Shown here: one piece after another, positions 39,801 through 48,931 of the stretch
Layout: each line of letters starts with the position of its first letter
Numbering within the stretch: the first letter of the stretch is position 1
NCBI GenBank assembly: GCA_044222185.1
Contig: JBGANV010000001.1
Span: 1,344,001-1,408,000, forward strand
Direction: 5' to 3'
DNA: 64,000 nucleotides
Source: Planctomycetota bacterium
GTDB taxonomy: Bacteria; Planctomycetota; GCA-002687715; CAIWVZ01
Notes under the pieces: model-generated
What the model was told of the DNA's origin: nothing
Databases searched by the model: none
Seen by the model: only the letters and a program-made list of their open reading frames with translations
Made by a program: the position numbers and the translations under genes

Positions 39801-39947
39801 GATGGAGGCCCGGAGCGCGGGTCGCCGCCGCGCGACGAGCGCGGCGGCAGCCGCCGCCACGAGGACGACGAGCGAGATGGCGACGACCATCCGCACGACG
39901 AGCCCGAGCGCGGACGACGTCAGGACCGAGTACGCGAGCGCGTTCAC
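36876..39947 (-). CDS. BlaR1/M56 peptidase sensor with carboxypeptidase-regulatory-like (Ig) repeats
   Basis: TM helices; HECAH..R.D; FWPHP; REETCD; repeated G.V....G.P..GA.V...TDADGRF modules; GTG overlaps the blaI stop. Confidence 0.88.
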   Translation of the reverse strand: MNALAYSVLTSSALGLVVRMVVAISLVVLVAAAAAALVARRRPALRASIWVQSLGAVILVPVLVWAMAHADLSLVRVAIEAPAVVGSPSPQVPEASLPFHPRTPAVFTDGDPPVTDEPFARALNECVRMDAVQPATSPVPGARGAAALGRGPLEVVMAGVWVAGVAIALIRLGFGFRQSRRIRSAARPATSADGLPLERLRSCLGRTDLPPILVSTDTRAPFVHGLANAAVIVPQSLIGTLSANAWLEVLLHECAHVMRRDPVVGFAQRIVAAVFWPHPFIHLMNRALAVAREETCDNFVLKATSGAGYARTLLDLTQSLGHVRPLALTMGVVPLRWRLEERVRGLLDRGRELSTSPRLRHVVGVMASLAFVTALATGTAFVASAVDVPSSEPVFVLQGTVRETDGTEVAGAEVFALEPDYASTRLVGRTTTDAHGQYRLELPRSAIRNGRAALDPLEWLKVCATAPGHAIAYGDVRDPEVRNSADFEFLAADDPIEGRILDIEGLPRAGARVRVIEVTLPETPTAGFGVDAPESTLHLGMSLDAVIPSAVTDADGRFVLRGIGRGRRAMLVVDAPGTECRRFFVTVDKTLTTPTRLGYQAAMSDTMMMQPEALNGTAEHYGPVFTHMVPSVRPFRGTVTEAKTGNPIPDVSVVVVNGPNSDVHFEAKTDAAGHYVIHGVPEGTDSCVVRFIPPPGTDWVQRDGDLAHRSTDPRDGIDVSLERGVRIRGRVVEKGTGKPVRARAEYLPFDGNPHRRDMRFGSEAGYFGGYRLLSTDFDGNFEVIGVAGRAAVTVVALEDAYVTEVPSHFEDDVDSGGRLREHAISMDVRTTHAIVKLDPPQGSAPVVLSIELNPGNRQRVDVVDEAGSAVADVLVTGLTPLFYGSKAVPGAGFDVIGLAKGEERQIIVRDAARHLGGSTVVVHEPTEPSRLVLHPCGRIHGRIVDQRKNPCAGWNIPVMMLKSGAHAAPDMHIQEWRTTDADGRFEFDAVGDVVYELYGERFLVRSGETRDAGDVSNSPRRRR

Positions 39948-40363
39948 GGCCGTCCCTCCGACTTCGACCGCGCGGATCGCCCCTCGGCGTCCTCGATCAT
40001 GCGACGGATCCGCGCGGCCTCGTCGCTCTTCAGTCGCCGACCGTCGAGCAGCGCGAGGAGGAGGCCTTCCGTCGACCCCTTGAACGCCTTGTCGAGGACC
40101 CACCCCAGGAGGTTCTTGTGCGTCGTCGCCCGGGCTTCACTCGGCGAGTAGACGAATGAATTCCCGCTGCGGCGACGGGTCAGCCACCCCTTCTCTTCGA
40201 GCCGCGTCATCATCGTGAGCACCGTGTTGCGCGCGACGTCCCGACGTTTGCCGAGCGCCTGCCACACGTCCGCGACCCCCGCCTCGCCCATCTCCCAGAT
40301 CACGTCCATGATCTCGAGTTGCGCACCCGAAAGGACGTCCCGTGCCTTCTCGACCTTGCCCAT
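39944..40363 (-). CDS. BlaI/MecI/CopY family transcriptional repressor
   Basis: LS.AQLEIMDVIW; ARNTVLTMMTRLEEKGWL.R....NSFVY; GGAG RBS. Confidence 0.93.
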   Translation of the reverse strand: MGKVEKARDVLSGAQLEIMDVIWEMGEAGVADVWQALGKRRDVARNTVLTMMTRLEEKGWLTRRRSGNSFVYSPSEARATTHKNLLGWVLDKAFKGSTEGLLLALLDGRRLKSDEAARIRRMIEDAEGRSARSKSEGRP

Positions 40364-40381
40364 GAGTGTCTCCGAGGATCC

Positions 40382-40421
40382 TGCCTACAGGCGTAGGCAC
40401 ATTTGACTACACCCGTAGGCA
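40382..40421. promoter_or_regulatory. Tandem palindromic BlaI-type operators (TGCCTAC-N4-GTAGGCA and TGACTAC-N4-GTAGGCA)
   Basis: Two 18-bp inverted repeats with a 22-bp period just upstream of blaI; TACA-nn-CGTA core resembles the established TACAnnTGTA bla/cop box. Confidence 0.8.
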
Positions 40422-40695
40422 CGCAGTCAAGCGAGGGTGAAAAAAATCTTCACTCCGATCGACGCGCCGCCCGGCCGCGGAGGTCCGGCCTCTCCTGACC
40501 CGTTCGGACGAGGGCGACGCACATCGGTCAGCCCCAACCAGGCGCCGGCGCGAGGGTCGCGGTCGCACGCGACCGCCTTCGTCGCATTCGACGCAGCGTC
40601 AGCGCCGGCGGCGGTCGCGGAACGGAGCCGAGCCGCCCGCCATCGTCCGGGAACGGATTGACGGGGGTCGGGATGAACTCCAATAGAGTGCACGC

Positions 40696-43600
40696 ATGTC
40701 CGAACCCGTCGACACCGAACCGCTGATTTCCGACCTGTTCCGGCAGGGCCGCTTCGTGCGGTCGGTGGCGCGCGAGCTCGTCTCCGGGGCGGATCAGGAT
40801 GACGTGGTCCAGGACACGTGGCTGACGGCACTCGAACGGAAACCAGCACCGGGGCGGGGCCTCGCCGCATGGCTGAAGCGCGTCGCACGAAACCTCGCAC
40901 TGAAGACACTGCGGTCGGCGCGGCGGCGAGATGCCCGCCACGCACGCGCGGCGAGACCAGAGGCCGCCGCCGGCAGCGCCGAGCTGTCCGAGCGGGATCA
41001 ACGGCTGTGCGACGTCCTTCATGCCGTCATGTCTCTCGACGAACCATTCCGCACGGCGATCGTCCTGCGGTTCTACGAGGGCCTCACGCCAGCCGAGATC
41101 GCCGCGCGACTGAGCGTGCCTGGCGCCACGGTCCGAACACGCATCCACCGCGCACTCGAGCAGCTCCGCACACGGCTCGACGACGTTTACGGCGGCGACC
41201 GCGCCGCGTGGTCGGCGGTGCTCGTCACGCTCGCCTATCCCCAGCTTGCAGCACCCGCTGCGGCAGGCGCGGCAGCGATGCCTTTCGTTGGGAGTCTCGT
41301 CGTGGGAAAGAAGATCCTCGTCGCAACCCTGCTCCTCTGCCTCGCGGGCGTCTCGTTCATCTGGTGGACCGCGGACGAGACCAGGAACGGATCACCAGGC
41401 GACGGAGCGAACTCGGCCTCACCGAGCGCACCGGCGACGAACCCGGCCACCGAGCCGCCGCAAGACCCGTCGGCCCCTGCCGTCGTCGCGAGCCCGTTCT
41501 CCTCACCCGCGGATGACGAGACCGTGGCGTCGCAGGCCATCTCGAATCCGTCGGGCGTTCGCCTCCTGGGCCGCGTCGTCGACGAGGGCGGCAACCCCGT
41601 GCGGAACTGCCCCGTCCGCGTCCGACCCGTGTTCGACACATCGCGCGCCGGCCTGGACCGCTCCGCGCCGGCCACAGCGGACGTCTCATCGGATCAAAAT
41701 GGGCGGTTTGCCTTTCCCTCCGTGGCGGCCTTGCAACGACTGGCCGTCACGGCACGCGCGCCGCACCTGGCCGATGCGCGTTGCCAGTTCCGCACACCCG
41801 CGTCGGGCGAACTCGACCTGGGCGACCTCGTGGCTGTACAGGGTGGCGCCATCACGGGCCGGGTCGTCGATGCGACCGGAGCGCCGATCGCAGCCGCAAC
41901 CGTTGCGGCCGAGCCCGTGCGCGAGGCGGCGGCGACGACGACGACGACGGTGATGCTCATCAGCTCTCCCGCCGAGGCGTTCCGAGATGCGCGAACCGCG
42001 ACGACCGACGCCGACGGACGCTACACGCTCACGGGTCTTGCCGCAGGCGAGGCCCAAGGCCGCGCACATGGCGACCAGCATCCGGCGACGTCACGACGCG
42101 GCATCCGCGTGACACGCGGCGCGACCACTCCCGACGTCGACTTCACGCTGTCGGCGGGGATCACGATCTCCGGGATCGTGCGCGACGCGTCGGGAAAGCC
42201 GCTGGCGGATGTCCGGATCGCGACGTCGTCGAGAACGCGCGTGCTGGTCGCAGGCGGCCCTGAAGGGTCCAGTGACGTCTCGCGTCGAACGACGTCCGAT
42301 GCGGCCGGGCGCTTCACGCTGCGGGGACTGCGCGCCGGATTCGAGACCGTGAACGCGGCCAAGGCTGGATTCCGCGCCGCGTCGGTCCGCGCGCCGGAGG
42401 AGGGAAAGACCATCGCCCTCACGCTCGCCGCGGCGCCGTCGATCTTCGGCCGCTTGACCGATGGAAAGGGCGCTCCCGTGAGGGGCGCGACCGTGCGCAT
42501 CGTTCCCGCGGATGAGCAGGCGGCCGCGACGGTCACGTGGAACGGGAGCGGTCCCACATCGCGAGCGCTCGTGGGTGCCGAAGCTGCATCGCTCCTCGCT
42601 GAAGTGGATGACGGCGGGTGGTTCATCGCTCCCACGGTGATCGCGGAGTCATCCGTGGTGGTCGTCGAGTCGGTACCAGGATTCGCCGATGCCCGGTCGG
42701 CGCCCGTCACGATGAAGGGCTCGGATCGCAAACGTGTCGACGTGGTGCTCGCTCCCGAGTGCGCCATTTCCTGCACCGTGACGGATCCGGCCGGTGCCCT
42801 GGTCAACGGCGCCACCGTGAGATGGACGCTCCTTCCACAGGGCCACGCCGCCAGTGAAGCCGGCACGTCCCAAGCGCCAGCCGCCACGGGCACGGCGGAG
42901 ACTGGCTCCAACGGGACGTGCCGCGTCGGGAATCTCGTCCCCGGGACCTATGAGGTTCTGGCGATTCACTCCGACTTCTTCGATTCCAAGCCGACGACCC
43001 TCGTCCTGGCGACGCCCGGCGATACGGCCACGACTGCGCTCGCCGTCGCGCGGGGTTGCGCGGTTCAGGGGCGCGCGTTCGACGGCCACGGCCGACCGCT
43101 CTCCGGCTCGACCATCACCTTCCGCAATCTCGACGGCAACGCCGCGGAGTGGGCTCCTCCGTCCCTGCTGACGGATTCGCAGGGACGATTCGCGTCGCAC
43201 GGCCTCCGGCAGGGGCGATACGCCGCGTCGGTCCAGGTGCCGGGTCATCAAGGCGACATGTCGTTCGCCGTCCTGGCCGCGGGGATCGATGAGACCTCGG
43301 AGCCGGCCGTTCCGGCGACGCGTCCCGGCGAGGCGGCCTTCCTCGCCGACCCGGAGCGCGTCGCCGAGATCGAGCTGCGGTTGCCTCTTCCTGCGTCCGT
43401 TTCTGGCGTGGTCACGGCGGCGGGCCGACCGGTGGCCCAGGTGGAGGTCGCGTTGTCGGCGGTCACGACGCCCTCGACCTTCACGTTCGGCGATGCGCGG
43501 GTCAAGACCGATGCCCGCGGGGCGTTCTACTTCGGTTCCGTCACGGCTGGAGACTACACGTTGAAGGTCGATCCGGACGGAGCACCGCGCACGATCGAGG

Positions 43601-44304
43601 TGCCGGTGACGGTCGACGTCGGACGCGAGAGAACGGTCGACGTCGCCCTGCCCACGGGCGAGATCGAGGGCCGAATCACGGACGAACGCGGCGCGCCGAT
43701 CCCCGGCGTCGTGGTCACGGCGACCCTCGAACGGGCGCCGCAGGCACCCGGTGGCCGCGGGGCGCGGGCTCGTGTGGCTGCATTGGCGTTGACGGCAGAT
43801 CCGAGTGCCGACGACGCCGCTGGCGAGCTTCCCCTCGAGCCAGTTCTCCTCTCGCTTGGCGGGAGTTCCCCGCACGCGACGACGGATGCGCAGGGGCATT
43901 ATCGTTTCACGAACGTCGCGACCGGGTCGTGGACCGTGAAAGCCACCGAGTCGACGTTGGCATCTGCGACGAGCGCAGGAGTCACGGTCGTCGAAGGGCG
44001 AATCACGCGTGGCGTCGACCTGCGCATGTCCGCGGGCGGGACCGCGGAGATCATCGTGGACACGGGAGGGATGGCGATCTCCACGATCCACGTGAGCGCG
44101 ACGCAGACCGGCGGCGGAGACTCCAAGTCCGGGTCCGGCGATACGGACAATCCGATCCGCCTCGCGGGTCTGCGCGCGGGATCATGGCACGTCGACGCGG
44201 GCGGTTGGAGCGAGGACGGCCAGGGGAACGCGTCCGCCGACGTGGAGATCAAGGCCGGACAGACGACGCCCGTTCGACTGACGCTGCGCCGATCGAACGA
44301 CTGA
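40696..44304 (+). CDS. Membrane-anchored ECF sigma factor fused to extracytoplasmic carboxypeptidase-regulatory-like repeats
   Basis: DDVVQDTWL; region 4 LRFYEGLTPAEIAARL.VP.ATVRTRIHRAL; TM segment near aa 200-225; many GRVVD..G.P..A.V...TDADGRY repeats. Confidence 0.9.
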   Translation: MSEPVDTEPLISDLFRQGRFVRSVARELVSGADQDDVVQDTWLTALERKPAPGRGLAAWLKRVARNLALKTLRSARRRDARHARAARPEAAAGSAELSERDQRLCDVLHAVMSLDEPFRTAIVLRFYEGLTPAEIAARLSVPGATVRTRIHRALEQLRTRLDDVYGGDRAAWSAVLVTLAYPQLAAPAAAGAAAMPFVGSLVVGKKILVATLLLCLAGVSFIWWTADETRNGSPGDGANSASPSAPATNPATEPPQDPSAPAVVASPFSSPADDETVASQAISNPSGVRLLGRVVDEGGNPVRNCPVRVRPVFDTSRAGLDRSAPATADVSSDQNGRFAFPSVAALQRLAVTARAPHLADARCQFRTPASGELDLGDLVAVQGGAITGRVVDATGAPIAAATVAAEPVREAAATTTTTVMLISSPAEAFRDARTATTDADGRYTLTGLAAGEAQGRAHGDQHPATSRRGIRVTRGATTPDVDFTLSAGITISGIVRDASGKPLADVRIATSSRTRVLVAGGPEGSSDVSRRTTSDAAGRFTLRGLRAGFETVNAAKAGFRAASVRAPEEGKTIALTLAAAPSIFGRLTDGKGAPVRGATVRIVPADEQAAATVTWNGSGPTSRALVGAEAASLLAEVDDGGWFIAPTVIAESSVVVVESVPGFADARSAPVTMKGSDRKRVDVVLAPECAISCTVTDPAGALVNGATVRWTLLPQGHAASEAGTSQAPAATGTAETGSNGTCRVGNLVPGTYEVLAIHSDFFDSKPTTLVLATPGDTATTALAVARGCAVQGRAFDGHGRPLSGSTITFRNLDGNAAEWAPPSLLTDSQGRFASHGLRQGRYAASVQVPGHQGDMSFAVLAAGIDETSEPAVPATRPGEAAFLADPERVAEIELRLPLPASVSGVVTAAGRPVAQVEVALSAVTTPSTFTFGDARVKTDARGAFYFGSVTAGDYTLKVDPDGAPRTIEVPVTVDVGRERTVDVALPTGEIEGRITDERGAPIPGVVVTATLERAPQAPGGRGARARVAALALTADPSADDAAGELPLEPVLLSLGGSSPHATTDAQGHYRFTNVATGSWTVKATESTLASATSAGVTVVEGRITRGVDLRMSAGGTAEIIVDTGGMAISTIHVSATQTGGGDSKSGSGDTDNPIRLAGLRAGSWHVDAGGWSEDGQGNASADVEIKAGQTTPVRLTLRRSND

Positions 44305-44322
44305 CGCGACGCGGAACGCGCG

Positions 44323-44958
44323 TCAGCCAGCGGGCACTGCCGTGAGGTAGCACTGGCTCGAGAAGAGCCGGCTCACGTAGCTCTCGTCGACGACGCGCCA
44401 GCCGCGCTCGGCGAGCAGCGCGCGCATCGTCGCGTTCGAGATCGGCGATTCGCCGTGCTTGCGCCATCCGAGCCGCGTCCTCAGCGCGCGCGTCCAGCCC
44501 TTCCAAGTGGACCGACTCGCGAACGTGATGAGAATTCCCTTCTCCGCCGTCCGCGCCACGTGGTCGACGACCGCTCGCGTCATCGCAGGATCGCGCAGGT
44601 GGTGGAGCAGCCGCAGGCAGAGGAACAGGTCGACGGGGCGCGCCGGCATCTGATTGACGAGATCGAGGACGCACCACTCCATCTCGTCGCCGACACCGCC
44701 GAGCGCCGCGCGCGCCGTCGACACCATCTCGGCAGAGATGTCGGCGAAACACGCGTGGCGGCGCGACTCGAGGCCGAGGATCGAAGCGAAGCGGCCCGCA
44801 CCGCATGGGGCGTTCATCAGCGATGCGTCCGGGCGGAAGCGAGCGAGGAATCGCCGGACGAGTTCGTGCTCGCGCTCGTTGGTCACGCGGCGCGACCATG
44901 AGCGCTCGTACTTGTGCGCGTAGTTCTCCGCGCCAGACGGGCGGTGGTAGCGCGCCAT
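44323..44958 (-). CDS. Class I SAM-dependent methyltransferase
   Basis: NAPCGAGRF motif I; ADISAEMV; CLRLLHH. Start could lie up to 45045. Confidence 0.8.
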   Translation of the reverse strand: MARYHRPSGAENYAHKYERSWSRRVTNEREHELVRRFLARFRPDASLMNAPCGAGRFASILGLESRRHACFADISAEMVSTARAALGGVGDEMEWCVLDLVNQMPARPVDLFLCLRLLHHLRDPAMTRAVVDHVARTAEKGILITFASRSTWKGWTRALRTRLGWRKHGESPISNATMRALLAERGWRVVDESYVSRLFSSQCYLTAVPAG

Positions 44959-45306
44959 CGCGCGTGACGTCACACGGTCGTCGCCACCGGGAGGGCTCCC
45001 GTTCGGTCGATCGCGTTCAGCAGACGGAGCAGCGCTGTGTTGCACGGTGGGTCTCGATGGGCCGTGGCCACGTCATGGACCGCACGAGCGCCGACGCCGC
45101 CAATGGCGCCGTTGTACGCCACCGTTCGGCGGGACGGCAGGCCCAGGCCGAAAAGGGGGGCTCGAGACGGCCTCTGCGTGCGCCTCCCCGTCGCCCGAGA
45201 ATCACTCGGGTAGACTGCCAGCCTGATGCAGGCGAAATCCTGCCCGGTCCAGGACCCCGGGCACCGGCATCCGACCGACGACCGCGTGGAATTGGAGGAA
45301 CCAATC

Positions 45307-46059
45307 ATGGGGCGATATCGACCGGACCGATTCGACTCAGGCTCGATCCTCAACACGAGCCTCAAGGTCTGGGCGTCCGCACTCCTCCCGGCGTGGCTGG
45401 TCTCGTTCGCCATGAACGCGGTCATCGGTTTGCCCATCGACCAGATCGTCCCGTTCATCCGCTGGCGGCTCGTCGCAAGCGCGGTCAAGGTATTCGTCAA
45501 CCAGGTGATCGTCGTATGCCTCACGGGAGTCGTCGCCCACCTCGTTTTCAGTCGCCAGGCGGGGACCCGGATCGCGATAGGCCGCGCGATCGGATCGGGC
45601 TTGTCGCGCCTCCACGTCCTTCTCGCCGCCGGTGCCATCACCGCGACGATCGTCACGGCCGGGATGACGGCGCTCTTGATCCCCGGAATCATCGCGCAAT
45701 GTGTGCTGTGGGTCGTCGGCCCGGTGGTCGTCGGCCCGGTGGTCGTCGGCCCGGTGGTCGTCGTCGAGGAGGTCGGAGCCCTGCAGTCGCTCAAACGCAG
45801 TGCATTCCTCACGCGCGAACGCCGCATGACGATCTTCGTGATCATGATGCTGCTCGGTCTGATCAGCATGGGCGTCGGCGTGGTCAGCGGAGGCATCGTC
45901 GCGGTCCTCGGCCGTGGGTGGGTCGCGTCACTCGCCGTCTGCGCGACCCAGGCTCTGGCGACGTCGCTCGCATGCGTCGCCACGGTCGTCGGGTACCGGG
46001 AGCTGCGGTCCAGCGTCGAGGGCCTGGAGGATCCGTCGATCGCCGAGGTCTTCGCCTGA
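45307..46059 (+). CDS. Polytopic membrane protein (DUF7544 / GDPD-membrane-domain-like)
   Basis: GGAGG RBS; LLIPGII; PVVVVE..G...SLKRS..LT...R..IF; Y.ELR...EG. Confidence 0.75.
   Translation: MGRYRPDRFDSGSILNTSLKVWASALLPAWLVSFAMNAVIGLPIDQIVPFIRWRLVASAVKVFVNQVIVVCLTGVVAHLVFSRQAGTRIAIGRAIGSGLSRLHVLLAAGAITATIVTAGMTALLIPGIIAQCVLWVVGPVVVGPVVVGPVVVVEEVGALQSLKRSAFLTRERRMTIFVIMMLLGLISMGVGVVSGGIVAVLGRGWVASLAVCATQALATSLACVATVVGYRELRSSVEGLEDPSIAEVFA
45712..45762 (+). repeat. Perfect 15-bp tandem repeat GTCGTCGGCCCGGTG x3.4 (VVGPV)
   Basis: Read directly from the sequence. Confidence 0.95.
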
Positions 46060-46153
46060 CGTCCGCGCCGCAAACTTCTTGCGGAACCTTCGAATCAAAC
46101 GAACGTATGCGAACGGCTTCGATCGTTCCGCCGAAAGGAAAACCAAGACTCTC

Positions 46154-47050
46154 ATGAACGGACGCATCACGCTCCTGCTCTCGGTCCTCATCGCCATCGG
46201 CGCCGCGGCCGGCACCACGTACTTCCTCTCCGACAAGGCGACCAAGGGCGCGCCACATCCCGTCGATGCCTCCCAGCTCGAAGTGCTCGCCAACCGGATG
46301 GCAGCCATCGAGGGGCAGAACGCCAAGCTCGAGACGACGCTGACGGAACTCAATCGGGCCATCCGTGAGGTGGCTCGCGCCGCACCCCGCGAGGTCCCGG
46401 CGGCATCGAACGCGCAGGAGGCCTCGGCCGTCGACGCGAAGACGGACAAGCCGAAGGCCGGCGATCCAGGAGCCAAGAAGAACGACGACGTGCTCACGTT
46501 GGATGCTGCGCTGAAGCGGCTCGGCGATCCGACCCTGAGCTTTCTCGATCGCGAGGAATTCTGGGGCAAGATCCGCGCGGCGGGGCTCGTCGATCAGGTG
46601 ATCGCCGACTACGAGAAGCGGGCCAAGGCCGATCCGCAGAACCCCGACCTCCAGGTCGCCCTCGCGGAGGCGTATCTGAAGAAACTGCAAGACGTCCCCG
46701 AAGGCCCGTTGAAGGGCGTGTGGGCGAACAAGGCGGACGCGGCCTATGACACCGCCCTCGCTGCGGATCCCGAGCACTGGAGCGCACGGTTCTCGAAGGC
46801 CGTGTCGCTCTCGTTCTGGCCGCCGGCGCTCGGCAAGCAGGGCGAGGCGATCAAGAACTTCGAGGTGCTTCTCTCCCAACAGGCCAACAAGACGCCGCGG
46901 CCGGAGTTCGCGCAGACGTACCTCTTCCTCGGGAACATGTACCAGCAATCCGGCCAAGGCCAGAAAGGCCTCGACACCTGGAAGGCCGGGCTGAAGCTCT
47001 TCCCCGACAACGCAGCGCTGAAGAACCAGATCGCCAACGCGCCGCACTGA
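46154..47050 (+). CDS. Membrane-anchored coiled-coil / TPR protein
   Basis: N-terminal TM, heptad segment, C-terminal TPRs (AQTYLFLGNMYQQSG...GL..FPDN). Confidence 0.8.
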   Translation: MNGRITLLLSVLIAIGAAAGTTYFLSDKATKGAPHPVDASQLEVLANRMAAIEGQNAKLETTLTELNRAIREVARAAPREVPAASNAQEASAVDAKTDKPKAGDPGAKKNDDVLTLDAALKRLGDPTLSFLDREEFWGKIRAAGLVDQVIADYEKRAKADPQNPDLQVALAEAYLKKLQDVPEGPLKGVWANKADAAYDTALAADPEHWSARFSKAVSLSFWPPALGKQGEAIKNFEVLLSQQANKTPRPEFAQTYLFLGNMYQQSGQGQKGLDTWKAGLKLFPDNAALKNQIANAPH

Positions 47051-47174
47051 CTGCCGCCGCGAAGGTCGGCGACGGGCTGCGATCACGACCGGGTCGGGTA
47101 TCCTGGCTGCCGCGTTGGCGGCCGCCACCCCCGCCCTGGCCGGCCCGACTCCAATCGCGTCGGAGTTCCGCAGC

Positions 47175-48023
47175 ATGAGATTCTCGATCACGACCTTCCC
47201 GCTCTCGGTGGCGGTCTCGCTGCTCGTCGGCGTCGCTGGTCCGCTCCTCGGTCAGGACAAGCCCGAGACACGGCCAGCTCTTCCGCCGGTCGAACTGCCG
47301 AAAGCCGCGGCGACCCAAGCCCCCGCCAACGCCGGAGACAGCGTCACCGTCACGATCTTCCACGTCGATCAGAAGACGATCGCCTGCGCACAGCACGCCT
47401 CGACGAGCGCCTGCAGCGACATCCTGCATTGGCGGTTCCGGCTCGACGACCGCGACTACACGGCGACGGCGACACAGAATCAGGCCTTCACGGAGGCGTT
47501 GCAGAAGCACTCCGGATGGAAGCCCGGAGAGAAGCTCTGCGACAAGCGCGTGACTCTTCGAACCGACCGCCGTGCTCCCTACAGCCTCGTCCAGACGGCA
47601 ATGACGGCATTCGCGACGGCCGGACTCGCCCAGGTCGAGTTCGGTGCGATCCCGTTGGTCGGTGACAAGCCGGGGGTGATTCCAAACCCGCTTCCGACCG
47701 ACGCGGGTGACGGCGTGGCGCCCTTGGAAGTTCGCATCTCGATCAAACGAGACGCGAAGTCCCAGGAAATCCGGCGCTCGGTCGCCGGCGACGTCATTCC
47801 TCCGGGTGAGGGCAGCGACGCGGCACTCAAGAAGGCGATTCAGGCACCGCGCGACGCGGCGAAGTCACGGCCGCTCGCGGTGACGCTCGAATCCGCTGCG
47901 GATGTCCCGTGGACCGAGGTCATCCGAGTGCTCGACGTCACGCGATCCCTCGGCATCGACAAGGTCGAATTCGCGGTGGCCCCGGTGGCGCCGCCCATCC
48001 CCGAGTCGCGACGGCCCAAGTGA
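47175..48023 (+). CDS. Exported protein with two ExbD/TolR-like periplasmic domains (paralogue 1)
   Basis: Signal peptide; VTLRTDRRAPYSLVQTAM...AGLAQVEF and VTLESAADVPWTEVIRVLD....GIDKVEF. Confidence 0.75.
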   Translation: MRFSITTFPLSVAVSLLVGVAGPLLGQDKPETRPALPPVELPKAAATQAPANAGDSVTVTIFHVDQKTIACAQHASTSACSDILHWRFRLDDRDYTATATQNQAFTEALQKHSGWKPGEKLCDKRVTLRTDRRAPYSLVQTAMTAFATAGLAQVEFGAIPLVGDKPGVIPNPLPTDAGDGVAPLEVRISIKRDAKSQEIRRSVAGDVIPPGEGSDAALKKAIQAPRDAAKSRPLAVTLESAADVPWTEVIRVLDVTRSLGIDKVEFAVAPVAPPIPESRRPK

Positions 48024-48849
48024 AGTCCGTCCGGCCTCCCACGACGTCCGTCGCGGCGCTGATCGTCTTCGTCCTCGTCATCGTCCAGTCGTGCGGCGGC
48101 AAGTCTTGCGACGCGGTCGCGGAACTCCACGCCTCCGTCCGGTGGCTTCCGGTTTCAGCGGTGGTGCGGCCCGCTGACGAATCTCGGTGGGCGCGCGATC
48201 GGATCGCGCTCGAGCACGTGGAACCCGCGGACGACAGCTGTGGTTTCCGGCGATGGAAGCCGCGATGCACCGATCGCACGCACTGGCGCGTGGTCGTCAA
48301 CGGCCGAACGGCGAGCGCCGACGAATCGGGCCTTCGTGCGTGCGCCGAGGCCCTTTCGGCGTCAGTCCAGCACCTTCACGCGTCGGCCGTGATCGTCAGC
48401 GCGCCGGCCGACGTTCCATTCGGCGTCGTTCGTGATGTGGCGAAGATCGCGTTCGATTGCGGGCTTCATGAACTCCACGCGGAAGTTCGCGTCGCCGGCG
48501 GCTCGGAACGGGGGCTGACCCCTTCGTCCGACACGTCGATCCAACGTCGTCGCCGAGCGGGACGTGCGAGACGCCGCCGACCGTCGAGCCGCGGCTCGTG
48601 ATGACGAGGGACCCAGTGACCGGCGCGGCCTTGGTGTTTCTCGGACAGAGCCCGATCCAGGACACGCCGGAGGCCCTCCGAGCCGTGGCGGCCACAGTCC
48701 AAAGAGCGCGTGCGGCGGGGAGCGTTGAGCCGGGAGGCCGAACGGTTCTGCTCGTGGATCCGATGCCATCCATGGCGTGGGGCGAGGTCGTCCGCCTGCT
48801 GGATCCGATCCGCGCAGCCTCCGATGTCGCCTTCGAATTCGTGCGCTGA
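48020..48849 (+). pseudogene. Double-ExbD-like lipoprotein (paralogue 2), split by an apparent frameshift near G5 at 48510-48514
   Basis: GTG overlaps the upstream stop; lipobox-like VQSC; first ExbD domain in one frame, second (DPMPSMAWGEVVRLLD) in the -1 frame; one extra G restores a colinear ORF. Confidence 0.65.
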
Positions 48850-48931
48850 ACGGCGGGAATCCCCGGGCCGGGCGGCGAGGATCCCGGTCGACGTGTATGC
48901 TCGCCCAACCCGATGGGGACAGGAGGCGACC

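Noticed and set aside
41926-41949. GCG/ACG trinucleotide run (AAATTTTT)
   Set aside because: Short, in frame and within a linker; expected in high-GC coding DNA.
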